A stretch of DNA of 64,000 nt from Octopus bimaculoides. Taxonomy: Eukaryota. The stretch covers positions 44,756,111 through 44,820,110 of the forward strand of contig NC_068982.1 of the NCBI RefSeq assembly GCF_001194135.2, in the 5' to 3' direction. This document shows positions 36,715-48,879 of this stretch, piece by piece (the stretch's first letter is position 1; the number at the start of each line of letters is the position of its first letter). Both the position numbers and the translations under genes were made by a program. The notes under the pieces are model-generated. The model worked only from the letters and a program-made list of their open reading frames with translations. It searched no databases and was not told the origin of the DNA.

Positions 36715-37455
36715 TTTAACTTCTGCCGGCTACAGTCATTGGACTGCAGCCATGCTGAGACTCTGCACTGAAGGAGTTGATCGAAGAAATCTGTCCTCCT
36801 CCCCCACCCTTATCCAATACTTATTATTCAAGTCTGGTACTTATTCTATTGGTCTCTGTTGCCGAAAGAAACCGCTAAGTTGAAGGGACATAAACAAACC
36901 GTCACCATTTTGCAAGCGATAGTGGGAGACAAGTACAATGACAGCCATGCAGCGACCGTCTTGTTGATACATGTTTATTTTTTTCTTTTCAATTTTTCTT
37001 TTTCCTCATCTATGCTTTCCGTAGAAGAGCGTATGCCCGAGACGTTAAAGACTTCTTCCAAATTTCCTGAGCGTCTACCTAATGCATCGTTTGTTTGTTT
37101 TTACCTCGTCATGTTTTTTAACATTTTTTTTTTTTTTTGTACTATAATATAACACATATTTCCGAGTTTACTCCCATTGCGTGGCGCTTTGTGCAAGTAT
37201 CTTCTATTATGGCTTCGGGTTGACCAAAGCCTCTGAGTGGATTGGGTAGACGAAATTGAAAGAAATTCGTTGTATGTGTGTGTATGTGCATTCGTCCGTC
37301 CACCGCCGCCACCGCTTGATAATCGATGTTGGTGTGTTTACATCCCCGTAACATAGCGGTTCGGCAAAAATTTGTTAATAGAATATGTACCAAATAGAAT
37401 GTGTCCCAGAACATAAGTAGTGGAGTTAATTGGTTCCACTAAAATTCTTCAAAGC
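36715..37455. mobile_element. Two degenerate SINE family A copies (36715-36950 minus; 37165-37455 plus)
   Basis: CAGTCATTGGACTGCAGCCATGCTG and GTGTTTACATCCCCGTAACATAGCGGTTCGGCAAA motifs. Confidence 0.65.
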
Positions 37456-38184
37456 TGTGAAAGATAGGCATACATATATATTGGATCTAGTTAAATTTAT
37501 TCACAGAATCTGCATTTTTTTAAAAGAACTAAAAAATCTGAAAATCGGTTATATTGAAGCAGTTTTCCACTCTTATTCCTGTGAAGCCACGATCTTGCAG
37601 AGAAAAAAAACTGACGAAAAAGTTACAGACGTTTAAAAATCGCAAAAAAACTGTATTTTTAGCCAATAATGAGACAGAAATTTTCTGCGTTGTAGTGGTA
37701 TCAACGTTAAGGTTGTACCCTATGAAATTTATAGTGTAGCGTCTGTGAAATGACCTGTTACCTAATAATGTTGACATGTATCATCTTACTTTTCTTTAAG
37801 ATTTTTATTGATTTCTATAGTGTTTTGTATGTTATTATTATTTTTTTTGAATTTGTTATATCAATATATTTGTCTGCGTGTGTTTGCCTTATGCATATTT
37901 CAGTATTATGTATACCTGTCATGTATTTGTGTACATCATTAACATATATGTGCAAGTGATGTGTCCTGTGGTATATACTCAGCCAGTTATATGTTAATAT
38001 AATGTGTAACCATAAGACTACAAGCCGACAGAATCATTAACCAACTGGACAAAATGCTTTACATGCTGAGTTCAAATTCCACCTAGGTTGACTTTGCCTT
38101 TCATCTTTTGAGGGTTGATAAAGTAAGTATCAGTTGAATGTGTAACCAGTTCAGTTGATCATACACCTGGAATGATCATCCTAG

Positions 38185-38646
38185 AAAAATACATAGGATC
38201 TAGTTAAATTCATTCACAAAATCAGCCCATTTCCTTTAGTTTTTGTTTATTTATACACATTAGCAAATGAGCCAATGAAGTAATCTCTGTGTGTTGTTCA
38301 ATTTTCTAGAAATAACAGCCAAATATCCCTCACACTATACTCTAAAATTTATAAAAAATGAAGAACACATTAAATAATACTATCCAACATCGTCAATAAA
38401 AATACAGAATGGCTCATTCTGGCCAGACTTGGGTTCAACTGACAGGCATTCGTTGCAACCATTGCGAGTGTACCGCCAAAACAAATTCCCACGAACCACT
38501 TTCTTACTCCTGTCGTACCTAGATTTACAGCACCTCATTTTTTTAGGGATAACACCCTTAGTTGCAAATGAATTACTGCATCCACCTCTGTTTTCAAAAT
38601 TTCCTTCAGAGTGATTCAATTAAATGGCTTGAATGTGGATAAAAAC

Positions 38647-38681
<35 letters not shown>

Positions 38682-39030
38682 GAAAAACTACACGAAATAT
38701 ATGTAAAATAAATATATGAAAAATATGTAAAACATTAAGACAATTGACGAAAAATATCTACAATGAAATTCTAATTGATAAATATAAATTTTTACTAAAA
38801 CAAAACATGCGGGTGAAGTGAATCTCGTGGTGTGAAGAATCAACACAACGTGCGGTTGTCATGGCAACAAGCTGTTAATGCCTCGCTGTCTGTTGATTGG
38901 CTAAAATTACCCAAATTTTCCAACTTTAATTCCAAATAACACCAAGTTCTTCAATTTACGGGTAAATGACGTAGTGGTTAAGAGCGCGGGCTACTAACCG
39001 CAAGATTCCGAGATCGATTCCAGGCAGTGA

Positions 39031-39065
<35 letters not shown>

Positions 39066-39307
39066 TCGAAAAATACCTTAGGAATGAGAACCCAGGTTCG
39101 AAATTTTCCCAAGACACCTGATGAAAGCTGGAGGGTATATCAACCGAAACGTTGTGTTAACAACAAATATTCGTCAAATGTAAATAATGTATAAAGTTGA
39201 GCGAAATCAAAATTCACAACTGCATCGATACACCAAAATTGAAAACAATATGAGCAAAATTAAAGGCTGATTTTGTGAATGAATTTAACTAGATCCTATG
39301 TATTTTT
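38185..39307. mobile_element. Putative non-autonomous DNA transposon bounded by perfect 43-bp inverted repeats
   Basis: AAAAATACATAGGATCTAGTTAAATTCATTCACAAAATCAGCC at 38185-38227 and its exact reverse complement at 39265-39307; a diverged third copy at 37483-37513. Confidence 0.7.
38960..39192 (+). mobile_element. tRNA-headed repeat with (AAT)n spacer and hammerhead-ribozyme-like core (Penelope/retrozyme-like)
   Basis: A box TGACGTAGTGG, CT-ACT-AA loop, B box GATCGATTCC; CTGATGA (39118-39124) ... GAAAC (39146-39150) ... GTC (39173-39175). Confidence 0.6.
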
Positions 39308-39599
39308 TTTTTCGTACTATACATATATAGTATAAAAAGAAAGGAGTACCTTTCACATACTTCACCCCCCCGATCAAAAGCACATCTCAGGCCCAGGCCT
39401 ACGTTTGATCTGTTTAATTAATCAGATCAGATCTAATGCTGATCTGGGGCTAAAAAAACGACTGAATACGTGTAGTGTCAGATAGAAACTTAAACTACGT
39501 TCTAATTCATTCGTTTCTATCAAGTTGAGCCGTTGTTTGAGCGCTTCTTTCAAGGTATTGCCTTTTTCACCAGCCAACGAAACATTCGTCAATTGCATA

Positions 39600-39630
<31 letters not shown>

Positions 39631-40673
39631 TCGTCGTTGTTGTGGTGGTGGTGGTGGTATAGTTAGTATTGCTGTTGTTTAGCCCTAAGCCATCCCATTA
39701 TCAAGTAAACCATATGATCAAAGCTATTCATTCATTGAAATCATGCTCAACCGTCATTTTTCCTTTTTTTTTTTTTTTTTGATATTTTTGTTCATGCATT
39801 ATGTATCCCGGAGTACATTATCCAAAATGTCCTTTTTTTTTTCCTTAGAAAGTGGGGCAGAATATCAGTAGGACTTTTGATTTCTTTAATTTTCATATTT
39901 TATTATTTATTTATTTATTTTATATGACAAAGATGATGACCGGTCACATCCATGGCCGACTTTTCACGGACACCGAGATTGGTGGGAGGAATTTTGTCAC
40001 CCCCTCTTTCTTTCTCTATATTTCTCTCTCTCCCCTTCTCTTTCTCTCTTCCTCCCTCCTCCCCACTCTCTGTCTCTTTTCCCTCTCTCTCTCTCTCTTT
40101 CAGAAAAATGATCTGTTGTATGCCATAAATAAGAGTTCTCTCTCTCTTTTTCTTTTTTCTTCTTGCATGTCGCCCATTGCCCTTTTGAAACTCTCGGCAA
40201 CAACATTGTTCAGATATGTTGCAGCATTTGAACAAGACTCAAACAACACCTAGATGAATGTATAATACATGAGAGAGACAGAGACAAAAAGAGAGACAGA
40301 GAGAGAGAGACAGAGCTTTATTCCATTCTTCCTTTGCTGCCTGACCAGATTCAATGTTAGGCAAGATCAATTCATGAATTCATCTGTTCTTAGTATCTAA
40401 AATCTTAATTCTTCCATTATCGGTCACGCAATGGAGCTACATGACATTTCATCTCTCCAAAATTGATGGTTATGTGTTCTTTTAATGTTGTCTTTTTTTT
40501 TTTTTCTATTTTTTTTTTTTTAATATTTATTCATTCTATGGAGTTAAGCAGAGCAGAATTCGGTATCTGTATTGCGATTTCCCCCACATGAATTATGCAA
40601 TTGTGTATTATGTAACATGAAATAGAAGCTTGGGTTTGAGTTTTGCCTATCTCCCACTAAGTATATATGCAAA

Positions 40674-40786
40674 CATACATACATACATACATACATACAT
40701 ACATACATACATACATACATACATACATACATACAGATATGTGTGTATACATACATTCATATATACATATATATTTATATATCTAG

Positions 40787-40850
<64 letters not shown>
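40674..40850. repeat. (CATA)n and (TA)n microsatellites
   Basis: Direct reading. Confidence 0.95.
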
Positions 40851-40851
<1 letters not shown>

Positions 40852-41337
40852 AAATGTGCAGTATTGATGTTTGTAGTGTCGAAAAATCTATCCTGGATAA
40901 AATACGGTTGAGCACCATTTAGTTGTCTGCTATAGATTATCGGTAATAAAAACCGAGCACATTATATTATGTATATAAATGTGTGTGTGGTGTGTGTGTG
41001 TGAGTGTGCGCTCGCGCATATACATACATAGACATGCTTGGAGCACATCTTTCAAGAATATACCCATTACGTACCCCATTACATCGAATCCAGGATTTAT
41101 TTATTCAATTTACTGACTGATAGTTATTTTGTAGACCTCTGAAGGATGAAAGGCAAAAATTGACTCAGGAGTGATTTGAATTCAAAGCCTAAAGGGATGC
41201 AACAATAAATCAAAAGAAATTTTGTTCGATGCACCTATCAACTATGTCATCTGCCACCCGCTTATATACTATATGCCTGTAGTCAGATACACAATTCTTC
41301 CCTTTTCTTGCTATTTTTGTCTTCCTTGATCTAGAAT

Positions 41338-42077
41338 TAGTGATTCTCAACCAGGATCCGTATGACTTCTGGGGGTCCGTATAAGAGTTTTGGTGTCCTA
41401 CACAAGCAAAATGTTGTTGTTGTTGGCACTCTGTCGGTTACGACGACGAGGGTTCCTGTTGATCCGATCAACGGAACAGCCTGCTCGTGAAATTAACGTG
41501 CAAGTGGCTGAGCACTCCACAGACACGTGTACCCTTAACGTAGTTCTCGGGGATCAGCGTGACACAGTGTGACAAGGCTGACCCTTTGAATTACAGGCAC
41601 AACAGAAACAGGAAGTAAGAGTGAGAGAAAGTTGTGGTGAAAGAGTACAGCAGGGTTCGCCACCATCCCCTGCCGGAGCCTCGTGGAGCTTTAGGTGTTT
41701 TCGCTCAATAAACACTCACAACGCCCGGTCTGGGAATCGAAACCGCGATTCTATGACCGTGAGTCCGCTGCCCTAACCACTGGGCCATTACACCTCCACA
41801 CACAAGCAAAATAGTAAATTGAGAATCCACAGTAGTATTTTAAAGGTCCATTAAAGAACTTTGTTTTAGGTGTATTTAACGTAAGAAAGAGTTAGGTTTC
41901 TTTCTCTAACCGTTTTACATTGTTCAATCAACACGTATGAAAAACGAAATAGGAATTTTGAAAGAAGTACCTATAACACTAGTTTTTGAACATTGAATGG
42001 CTATGGGGATCTACCAGCATAAAATCGTAATCAAAGGGGTCTGTAAATAAAATTCAAAAAATAGATGAGAATCACTG
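41338..42077. mobile_element. hAT-Charlie-like MITE containing a SINE-C insertion
   Basis: TAGTGATTCTCAACC / GATGAGAATCACTG ends; flanks ATCTAGAA / ATCCAGAT resemble the NTCTAGAN target. Confidence 0.7.
41413..41799 (-). mobile_element. SINE family C, full length, young
   Basis: Perfect 13-bp TSD ACACAAGCAAAAT at 41400-41412 and 41800-41812; CpG intact. Confidence 0.95.
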
Positions 42078-43264
42078 ATCCAGATCAAGGATGACGAACC
42101 TATGACTTGCGTGTCAGCAGTGACACGCGGCGGGTTTGGTCTTTCATAAAACATTTCTTTCTGCATTAGCATATTACAAAAAGCTTAGCTATAAACAATC
42201 TAAAGCTGAAATACATTTATCTTCGTTTATCACCGATCTGCGATAACACGGTACGTTCAATTGTGAACCATGTTACGCCTATCGCTTTTGTGTCTATCGA
42301 CGCAGTTGTTTTTATCTGCTACTTTTTTTTTATCGATTTCTATTTGGCGATCCACTAGTTTGTGCGTGTTTGGGGGTGGGGATGGAGGGTAATATCGAGT
42401 TATAATGAAAATCATTTTACATTAAACTGAATTATCATTTAATACTTTTTATAGAGTATATATTTATACACTTACAAGAGCAGTGGGTACAACATGCGCA
42501 TACACACGCGCACGAACACATACATACATACATACATACATACATACATACATACATCCGGTCATTCCACAATGTAACCTCGTGTATATCGTTGGCGATT
42601 TTTTATATATGGAAAATGAATCCAAAACGACTAACGTATAATATTGAACTTTGATCTAACTTCTTGTAAAATACGTTTAAAATTAAAAGGAACCACAAGA
42701 GTGATACGAGAGAGAAACGTATGTATGTATGTATGTATGTATGTATGCCAAATGCTCACTTTCGTGTCTCAGAGAAAACGGTACGTCATCGCCAAGCATA
42801 TTTTTTATTACGAGGATTTTGTATACGTTTTGAATACTTGTGCGCACCAGTTATTTAAAGAGCTGTACAGGTGTGTGCATGTTATGTGTGTGTATGCGTA
42901 TAGCTTAATCTACATGAAATCGCTCGCTTTGACACAGTAGCTGCTAATTGACAAAAAAATTGGTGTCGGCGATATAATTAATTGTGCGTGTGTCTAATAA
43001 TGCTCGCTATCTAATTAATTATGCAGCTAATTCCAATACTGTTAATAGTTTTACGAATAAAACAGAGGAAGTTAATGGAATGGTGTGGAAATTGTGGGCC
43101 TATTTTTAGCGAGAATGTAGTAGAGTTTGCAGGGAATTTGTCGAGTGATAAATGTTTTCATAATTTATTATGGAAGTGGGGTTTTTTTGGGGGTTTTTTT
43201 ATTGAACTCCGGTAAGTGGGTCAGTGACATACTAACTCGTTATCATTTACTGAAAGTAATACGG

Positions 43265-43825
43265 CTAGATGGCAGAATTGTTAGGTTTTGAGTTCAAATC
43301 CCGCTGAGGTTGACTTTGCTTTTCATCTTTTCTGGGTTGTTGAAATAAAGAACCATTCAAGATGTAATAGTCTTGCTCCTTGCCCTCAAAATTGCTAGCC
43401 TTGTGGTGCCAAAATTTGTAGCAATAAGGCGATAAGCTAACAGAATCGTTGACACGCCGGATGAAATGCGTAGCAGCTTTTACTTTTCTTCCGGATCTTT
43501 ACGTTCCGAGTTCGAATGACACAGTGGTCGACCTTGCTTTCGTCCTTTCAGGGTCTATAAAATAAGTACTTGTAGAGTGCTAGTGACGATGTGACCCACT
43601 TGCCATTTCACCCTCAAAACTATTCACCTTGTACCAGTGACCTGGCAGAATCTTGACGCGCCGGACAAATTGCTTGGCGACTTTTCTTCGGACTCTCTAC
43701 GTTCTGAGTCCAAATCCCACCGCGGTCGACTTTGCCTTCTATCCTTTCAGGATTGATTAAATAAATACCAGTTGGGCACTGGGGTCAATGTGATCGACTT
43801 ACCTTCCCCTTAAAAACTGCTGGCT
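43265..43825 (+). mobile_element. Three tandem diverged SINE family B copies
   Basis: Heads near 43265, 43427 and 43635. Confidence 0.8.
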
Positions 43826-44788
43826 TCGTACTTATTTACTCTAAGTTTTATCTGCTTTTACCGACTATTAAGAGACACATTAACCAAATGAGACGATTCG
43901 GGGAATTTACCTATTATGCCTATGTATTGGAACTTTCGTGCGTTCAAACTACACATAAATGATGCATGTGCTTCCTTAGTAACCTAAATATCTTGAATTT
44001 ATTTGTTTCCGAGACTGAACTGTTTTATTCTCGTAACAATTCTATTTTTCCCACACCAATCAATGTAGAATGTTGTCCAATTTCTTATTCTTTCATCATT
44101 ATTCCAGCAAATTCGGAAAAGGTTTATGGTTCACTGCTGAAATCAGAATATCGGAAAATGAAAATATTAGCTATTAGCTAATATTGTTTGATTGCTTTTC
44201 CTCATCGCATAATTATTGTTTGTTAAACTTCTTAGATCTTCCTGCATTAAATATGTTAACACAAATTTAACTATTATTTGTTTTTGTCTTTCTAGCTAGT
44301 AAATAGTTTAGTCAATTAAACAGGAGAAAAACTAACTTATAAAGAAAGATCTTTTATACGTGATCTAAGTAAGGAGGTTGAATTGTTTAACGTTGTTGAG
44401 GCTAGAAGTGTGTAAAAAGCTATACTGTCCATCGTTGGTATTGTGTAACAGAGCTGATCGAAGTGGCCCTAAGACTCTGTAGTACGTAGGCCAATCAACA
44501 AAGTACGATTCATAGATCCATAGTTCCTGATATGCCATGATACCTCGATTAGTTGAGGACCTAATTGCACATTATGATTGATATTCAATGTCCTGTGACT
44601 GCTTTGAACGGGTATTGGATTGAAAGAGACTAATTGCATACCCCCTCATTTTATTGCATGCGTTCTCCATGTTTCAGAGATGGCAGCCTGTGGTGTAAGT
44701 TAATCGCGCTGTTATCTAATACCCATGCAATACCAATTGGTAAAATCAACTGAAATGGATTTATTACACTGGGATGCTTTGATTAATA

Positions 44789-45512
44789 CAGTAATCCCTC
44801 GCCATATCGCGGTTCACCTATCGCGGTTTATTATTTAAGCTTACGTCGATTCCTCCGTGGTTTTGTTTTGCGTTTATAATAAAATAAATATATACAAATT
44901 ATTAAAATATTTTTTTTTAAATATATAGTACTGNNNNNNNNNNNNNNNNNNNNNNNNNNNNNNNNNNNNNNNNNNNNNNNNNNNNNNNNNNNNNNNNNNN
45001 NNNNNNNNNNNNNNNNNNNNNNNNNNNNNNNNNNNNNNNNNNNNNNNNNNNNNNNNNNNNNNNNNNNNNNNNNNNNNNNNNNNNNNNNNNNNNNNNNNNN
45101 NNNNNNNNNNNNNNNNNNNNNNNNNNNNNNNNNNNNNNNNNNNNNNNNNNNNNNNNNNNNNNNNNNNNNNNNNNNNNNNNNNNNNNNNNNNNNNNNNNNN
45201 NNNNNNNNNNNNNNNNNNNNNNNNNNNNNNNNNNNNNNNNNNNNNNNNNNNNNNNNNNNNNNNNNNNNNNNNNNNNNNNNNNNNNNNNNNNNNNNNNNNN
45301 NNNNNNNNNNNNNNNNNNNNNNNNNNNNNNNNNNNNNNNNNNNNNNNNNNNNNNNNNNNNNNNNNNNNNNNNNNNNNNNNNNNNNNNNNNNNNNNNNNNN
45401 NNNNNNNNNNNNNNNNNNNNNNNNNNNNNNNNNNNNNNNNNNNNNNNNNNNNNNNNNNNNNNNNNNNNNNNNNNNNNNNNNNNNNNNNNNNNNNNNNNNN
45501 NATATGTATATA

Positions 45513-45556
<44 letters not shown>

Positions 45557-45893
45557 TCATCATCAATATATATATATATATGTATGTATGTATTATGTGT
45601 GTGCATATGTTTGTGTGTCTGTGTTTGTCCCCCAACATCGCTTGACAACCGATGCTGGTGTGTTTACGTCCCCGTACTTTGCGGTTCGGCAAAAGAGACC
45701 GATAGAATAAGTACTAGGCTTCCAAAGAATAAGTCCTGGGGTCGATTCGCTCGACTAATGGCGGTGCTCCAGCATGGCCGCAGTCAGATGACTGAAACGA
45801 GTAAAAAAAAGTACTGTTTCTACTTCGCGGATTTTCACCTATCGCGGGGGGTGGGGGTGGAACTTAATACCCGCGATAGTCGAGGGATTACTG
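44789..45893. mobile_element. Tc1/mariner (Tigger-like) MITE spanning a gap, with nested SINE-A
   Basis: TA|CAGTAATCCCTCG and CGAGGGATTACTG TIRs; internal CACCTATCGCGG repeats at both ends. Confidence 0.75.
45605..45808 (+). mobile_element. SINE family A, 3' half (head in gap)
   Basis: Matches 12540-12740. Confidence 0.9.
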
Positions 45894-45910
45894 CGTACCC
45901 ACTCTATTGA

Positions 45911-46107
45911 CAGTTCACTCAGCTGCAGAAATGAGTTGCGACGCCACAGGTGCCAAGCTGTATCAGCCTTTGCCATTCCCTTTGATAACATTGGTGGCGT
46001 GGAGAGGGGAGGCCGGTATGCATGGGGCGACTACTGGTCTTCCATAAACAACCTTGCCCGGACTTGTGCCTGAGAGGGTAGCTTTCTAGGTGCAATCCCA
46101 TGGTCAG
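45911..46107 (+). mobile_element. SINE family D, 5'-truncated
   Basis: CAGTTCACTCAGCTGCAGAAATGAGTTGCGACG...GGTGCAATCCCATGGTCA. Confidence 0.88.
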
Positions 46108-46703
46108 TCAGCAGAATGTTACCATCGGTTTCGTGCCAACAATTGCACTTGGTTTTAATGAACGCTCTCTCTTTCTTTCTTTCTCTCTCTCTCCTCCTAC
46201 CACCCTCTCTATCTCTCTCACACACATATATATTTGTTAATATTCAACAGAAGCAAGAGAGTGAGTCAAGAACCAAGAGTTTCGTGCGTTAGCATTTATC
46301 AAACGCACAAAACTCTCAGCCATTGAGTCACTCTGTTGCTTCGGCTAAATATTAATAAAAAAAAACATTTATACGTACTCATATTTTGAGTTCTATTTTT
46401 CCTCATTGCATCACCATACCTATTATATATATCATGCATATTATGTGGGAGGGTGGTGAACGTATGAAAGTATATATAATGATTGGTTTTTGTAAAGACT
46501 CACATTTTTTTTTACTTGAAATGCTCACCATTAGTTTCATCTAATTATTGAAGTTCATTTCTATGTTCTTATTGTAATATAGTAATATTCAAATGACTTC
46601 AAACAGAAAAAAATTTACCGTCAAAAATTCATTGTCCACCAATTTTTTTAGAAAATTCTTCATAGTCACTTTTTTTCATGCCAATCGCATTTTCGTAGCC
46701 TTC

Positions 46704-46747
<44 letters not shown>

Positions 46748-47099
46748 GTACATATTCCTTGGTGTGCAATACAATATGGAATGTAAGAAGAACAAAAGTA
46801 AAATTCTTCAATGGCTGTCAGAAAGACTTAATATAATAATGAGTGCAGAAAAATGAGTTTCAGTAATTATGTACCACTACCATACGGCATTTCAAGTGAA
46901 AGGAGACAATTTTTAAATAAAACAATCACTTTACACACAATGCACGCACACGCACAAACACACACACACACACATACACATGAATCCTGACAGCACATGC
47001 AATGAAGAACATAGCGTAGTTGTTCATTGTATATATGGTGCAGAATTGCAATGTAGCCAACTTGTACGCACATGCACACACACACTTTTTCTCTCTCTC

Positions 47100-47131
<32 letters not shown>

Positions 47132-47139
47132 CGTGCGCG

Positions 47140-47179
<40 letters not shown>

Positions 47180-47298
47180 TATATATATATATATATATAT
47201 AATTCACTTAGGCATTGCGAGACCAATAACATGATGTAGAACTCAAACTAATGAAGTTCATAAGATAATCATTTATTCTTTTATCCTCTTCTTTCTTT

Positions 47299-47339
<41 letters not shown>

Positions 47340-47343
<4 letters not shown>

Positions 47344-47720
47344 ACGTAGCTGTGTGGTAAGGAGCCTGCTTCCCAACTACATGGTTCCAGATTCAGTCCT
47401 ACAGTATGGCACCTTGCACAAGTGTTTTTTTTTTTCACTATAGCCTCAAGTCGACCAAAGCCTTGTGTGTGTAGATGGAAACTGAAAGAAGCCCATCGTA
47501 TACATCAGTGTTTATGTCTGTTTATCCCCCACCACTCACTGCATGACAACCGGTGTTGGTGTGCTTATGGTCTTGTAACATAGCAATTCAGCAAAAGAGA
47601 CTAATAAAGTAAGTGCTAGGCTTAAAAAAAAAACAAATACTGGGGTCAGGTCATTCTTCAGAGTTCTTCAAGGAAGTGTCCCAGCATGGCTGCCATTGAA
47701 TGACTGAAACAAGATAAAAG
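47340..47720 (+). mobile_element. SINE family A, diverged
   Basis: GCTGTGTGGTAAG head to GACTGAAACAAG tail. Confidence 0.85.
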
Positions 47721-47810
47721 ATATATATGTATATTTATATGTGTACATGTATCCATCTATATGTGTGTGGTGGGGTGTATTGTTTACAATATATTGTTGG
47801 CAGAAGCAGA

Positions 47811-47985
47811 TCTTAACTATCACTCTCATGCGCAGGTGCGCGTGGCTGACGTGAGACAGTTAGCTCGAAACTAATCCCGCAATCCTGTAGAGGTTCGCTC
47901 CCCCTGCTAGTGATATATTGTATATAAGGGGGCAGAACTTGCTCTGAAAACCAGCTGGCGGAGAATCCGCCTGGGGTTAAACTAG
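47811..47985 (+). mobile_element. Minimal non-autonomous Helitron-like element (175 bp)
   Basis: A|TC 5' end, GGCGGA-GAA-TCCGCC hairpin (47957-47971) 10 nt before CTAG|T 3' end. Confidence 0.6.
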
Positions 47986-48083
47986 TAGTAACATTCGTCT
48001 GCCATTTTGATGTGGCTACTTGCTTTGCTGCTTAGTATACATTACTACTTTATCTCATCTCGAGATTTCATGACTATATATAT

Positions 48084-48470
48084 ATCGTTGCCAGTGCCCC
48101 TGGACTGCCTCTTGTGCGGGTGGCACATGAGATGCACCATTTTGAGCGTGGCCGTTGCCAGTACCGCCTGACTGGCTCCCGTAGGATTTTCGAGTGAGAT
48201 CGTTGCCATTGCCCCTGGACTGGCTTGTGCGGGTGGCACATAAAAGACACCATTTTGAGCGTGGCCGTTTTCATGCGGGTGACACGTAAAAGCACCCACT
48301 ACACTCTCTGAGTGGTTGGCATTAGGAAGGGCATCCAGCTGTAGAAACTCTGCCAAATTAGATTGGAGCCTGGTGTTGCCATCCGGTTTCACCAGTCTTC
48401 AGTCAAATCGTCCAACCCATGCTAGCATGGAAAGCGGACGTTAAACGATGATGATGATGATGATGATGAT
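48084..48470 (+). mobile_element. RTE-type retroelement 3' end with internal ~70-bp subrepeats and (GAT)n tail
   Basis: ...GGAAGGGCATCCAGCTGTAGAAAC...CCAACCCATGCTAGCATGGAAAGCGGACGTTAAACGATGATG; homologous to 56098-56417. Confidence 0.75.
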
Positions 48471-48756
48471 ACATATATATATATATATATATTAATCCAT
48501 TCAGACAATTTGTCTAATTCTATCTCCAGTCTCTTTTGTTTTGGCTTTTTTCTTGTTGCTTCCCTTATGCCTGCGTCATAGAAATAATTTATATATTTCT
48601 GATTGCCTGTGTATGTACAACTCTGGATTAGTTGAATTATTGTTGACATCAGAAATAAACAGACAGACAGTACTTGATTGATTGATTCATAGATAGAAAG
48701 ATAGATAGATAAACAGACAGGCAAACAGGCAGGCAGTCAGGCAGGCAGGCAGGCAT

Positions 48757-48822
<66 letters not shown>

Positions 48823-48825
48823 GGT

Positions 48826-48879
<54 letters not shown>
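48757..48879. repeat. (ATAG)n microsatellite
   Basis: Direct reading. Confidence 0.97.

Noticed and set aside
42109-42128. 8-bp hairpin GCGTGTCA-GCAG-TGACACGC
   Set aside because: Short enough to occur by chance; no Helitron or terminator context.
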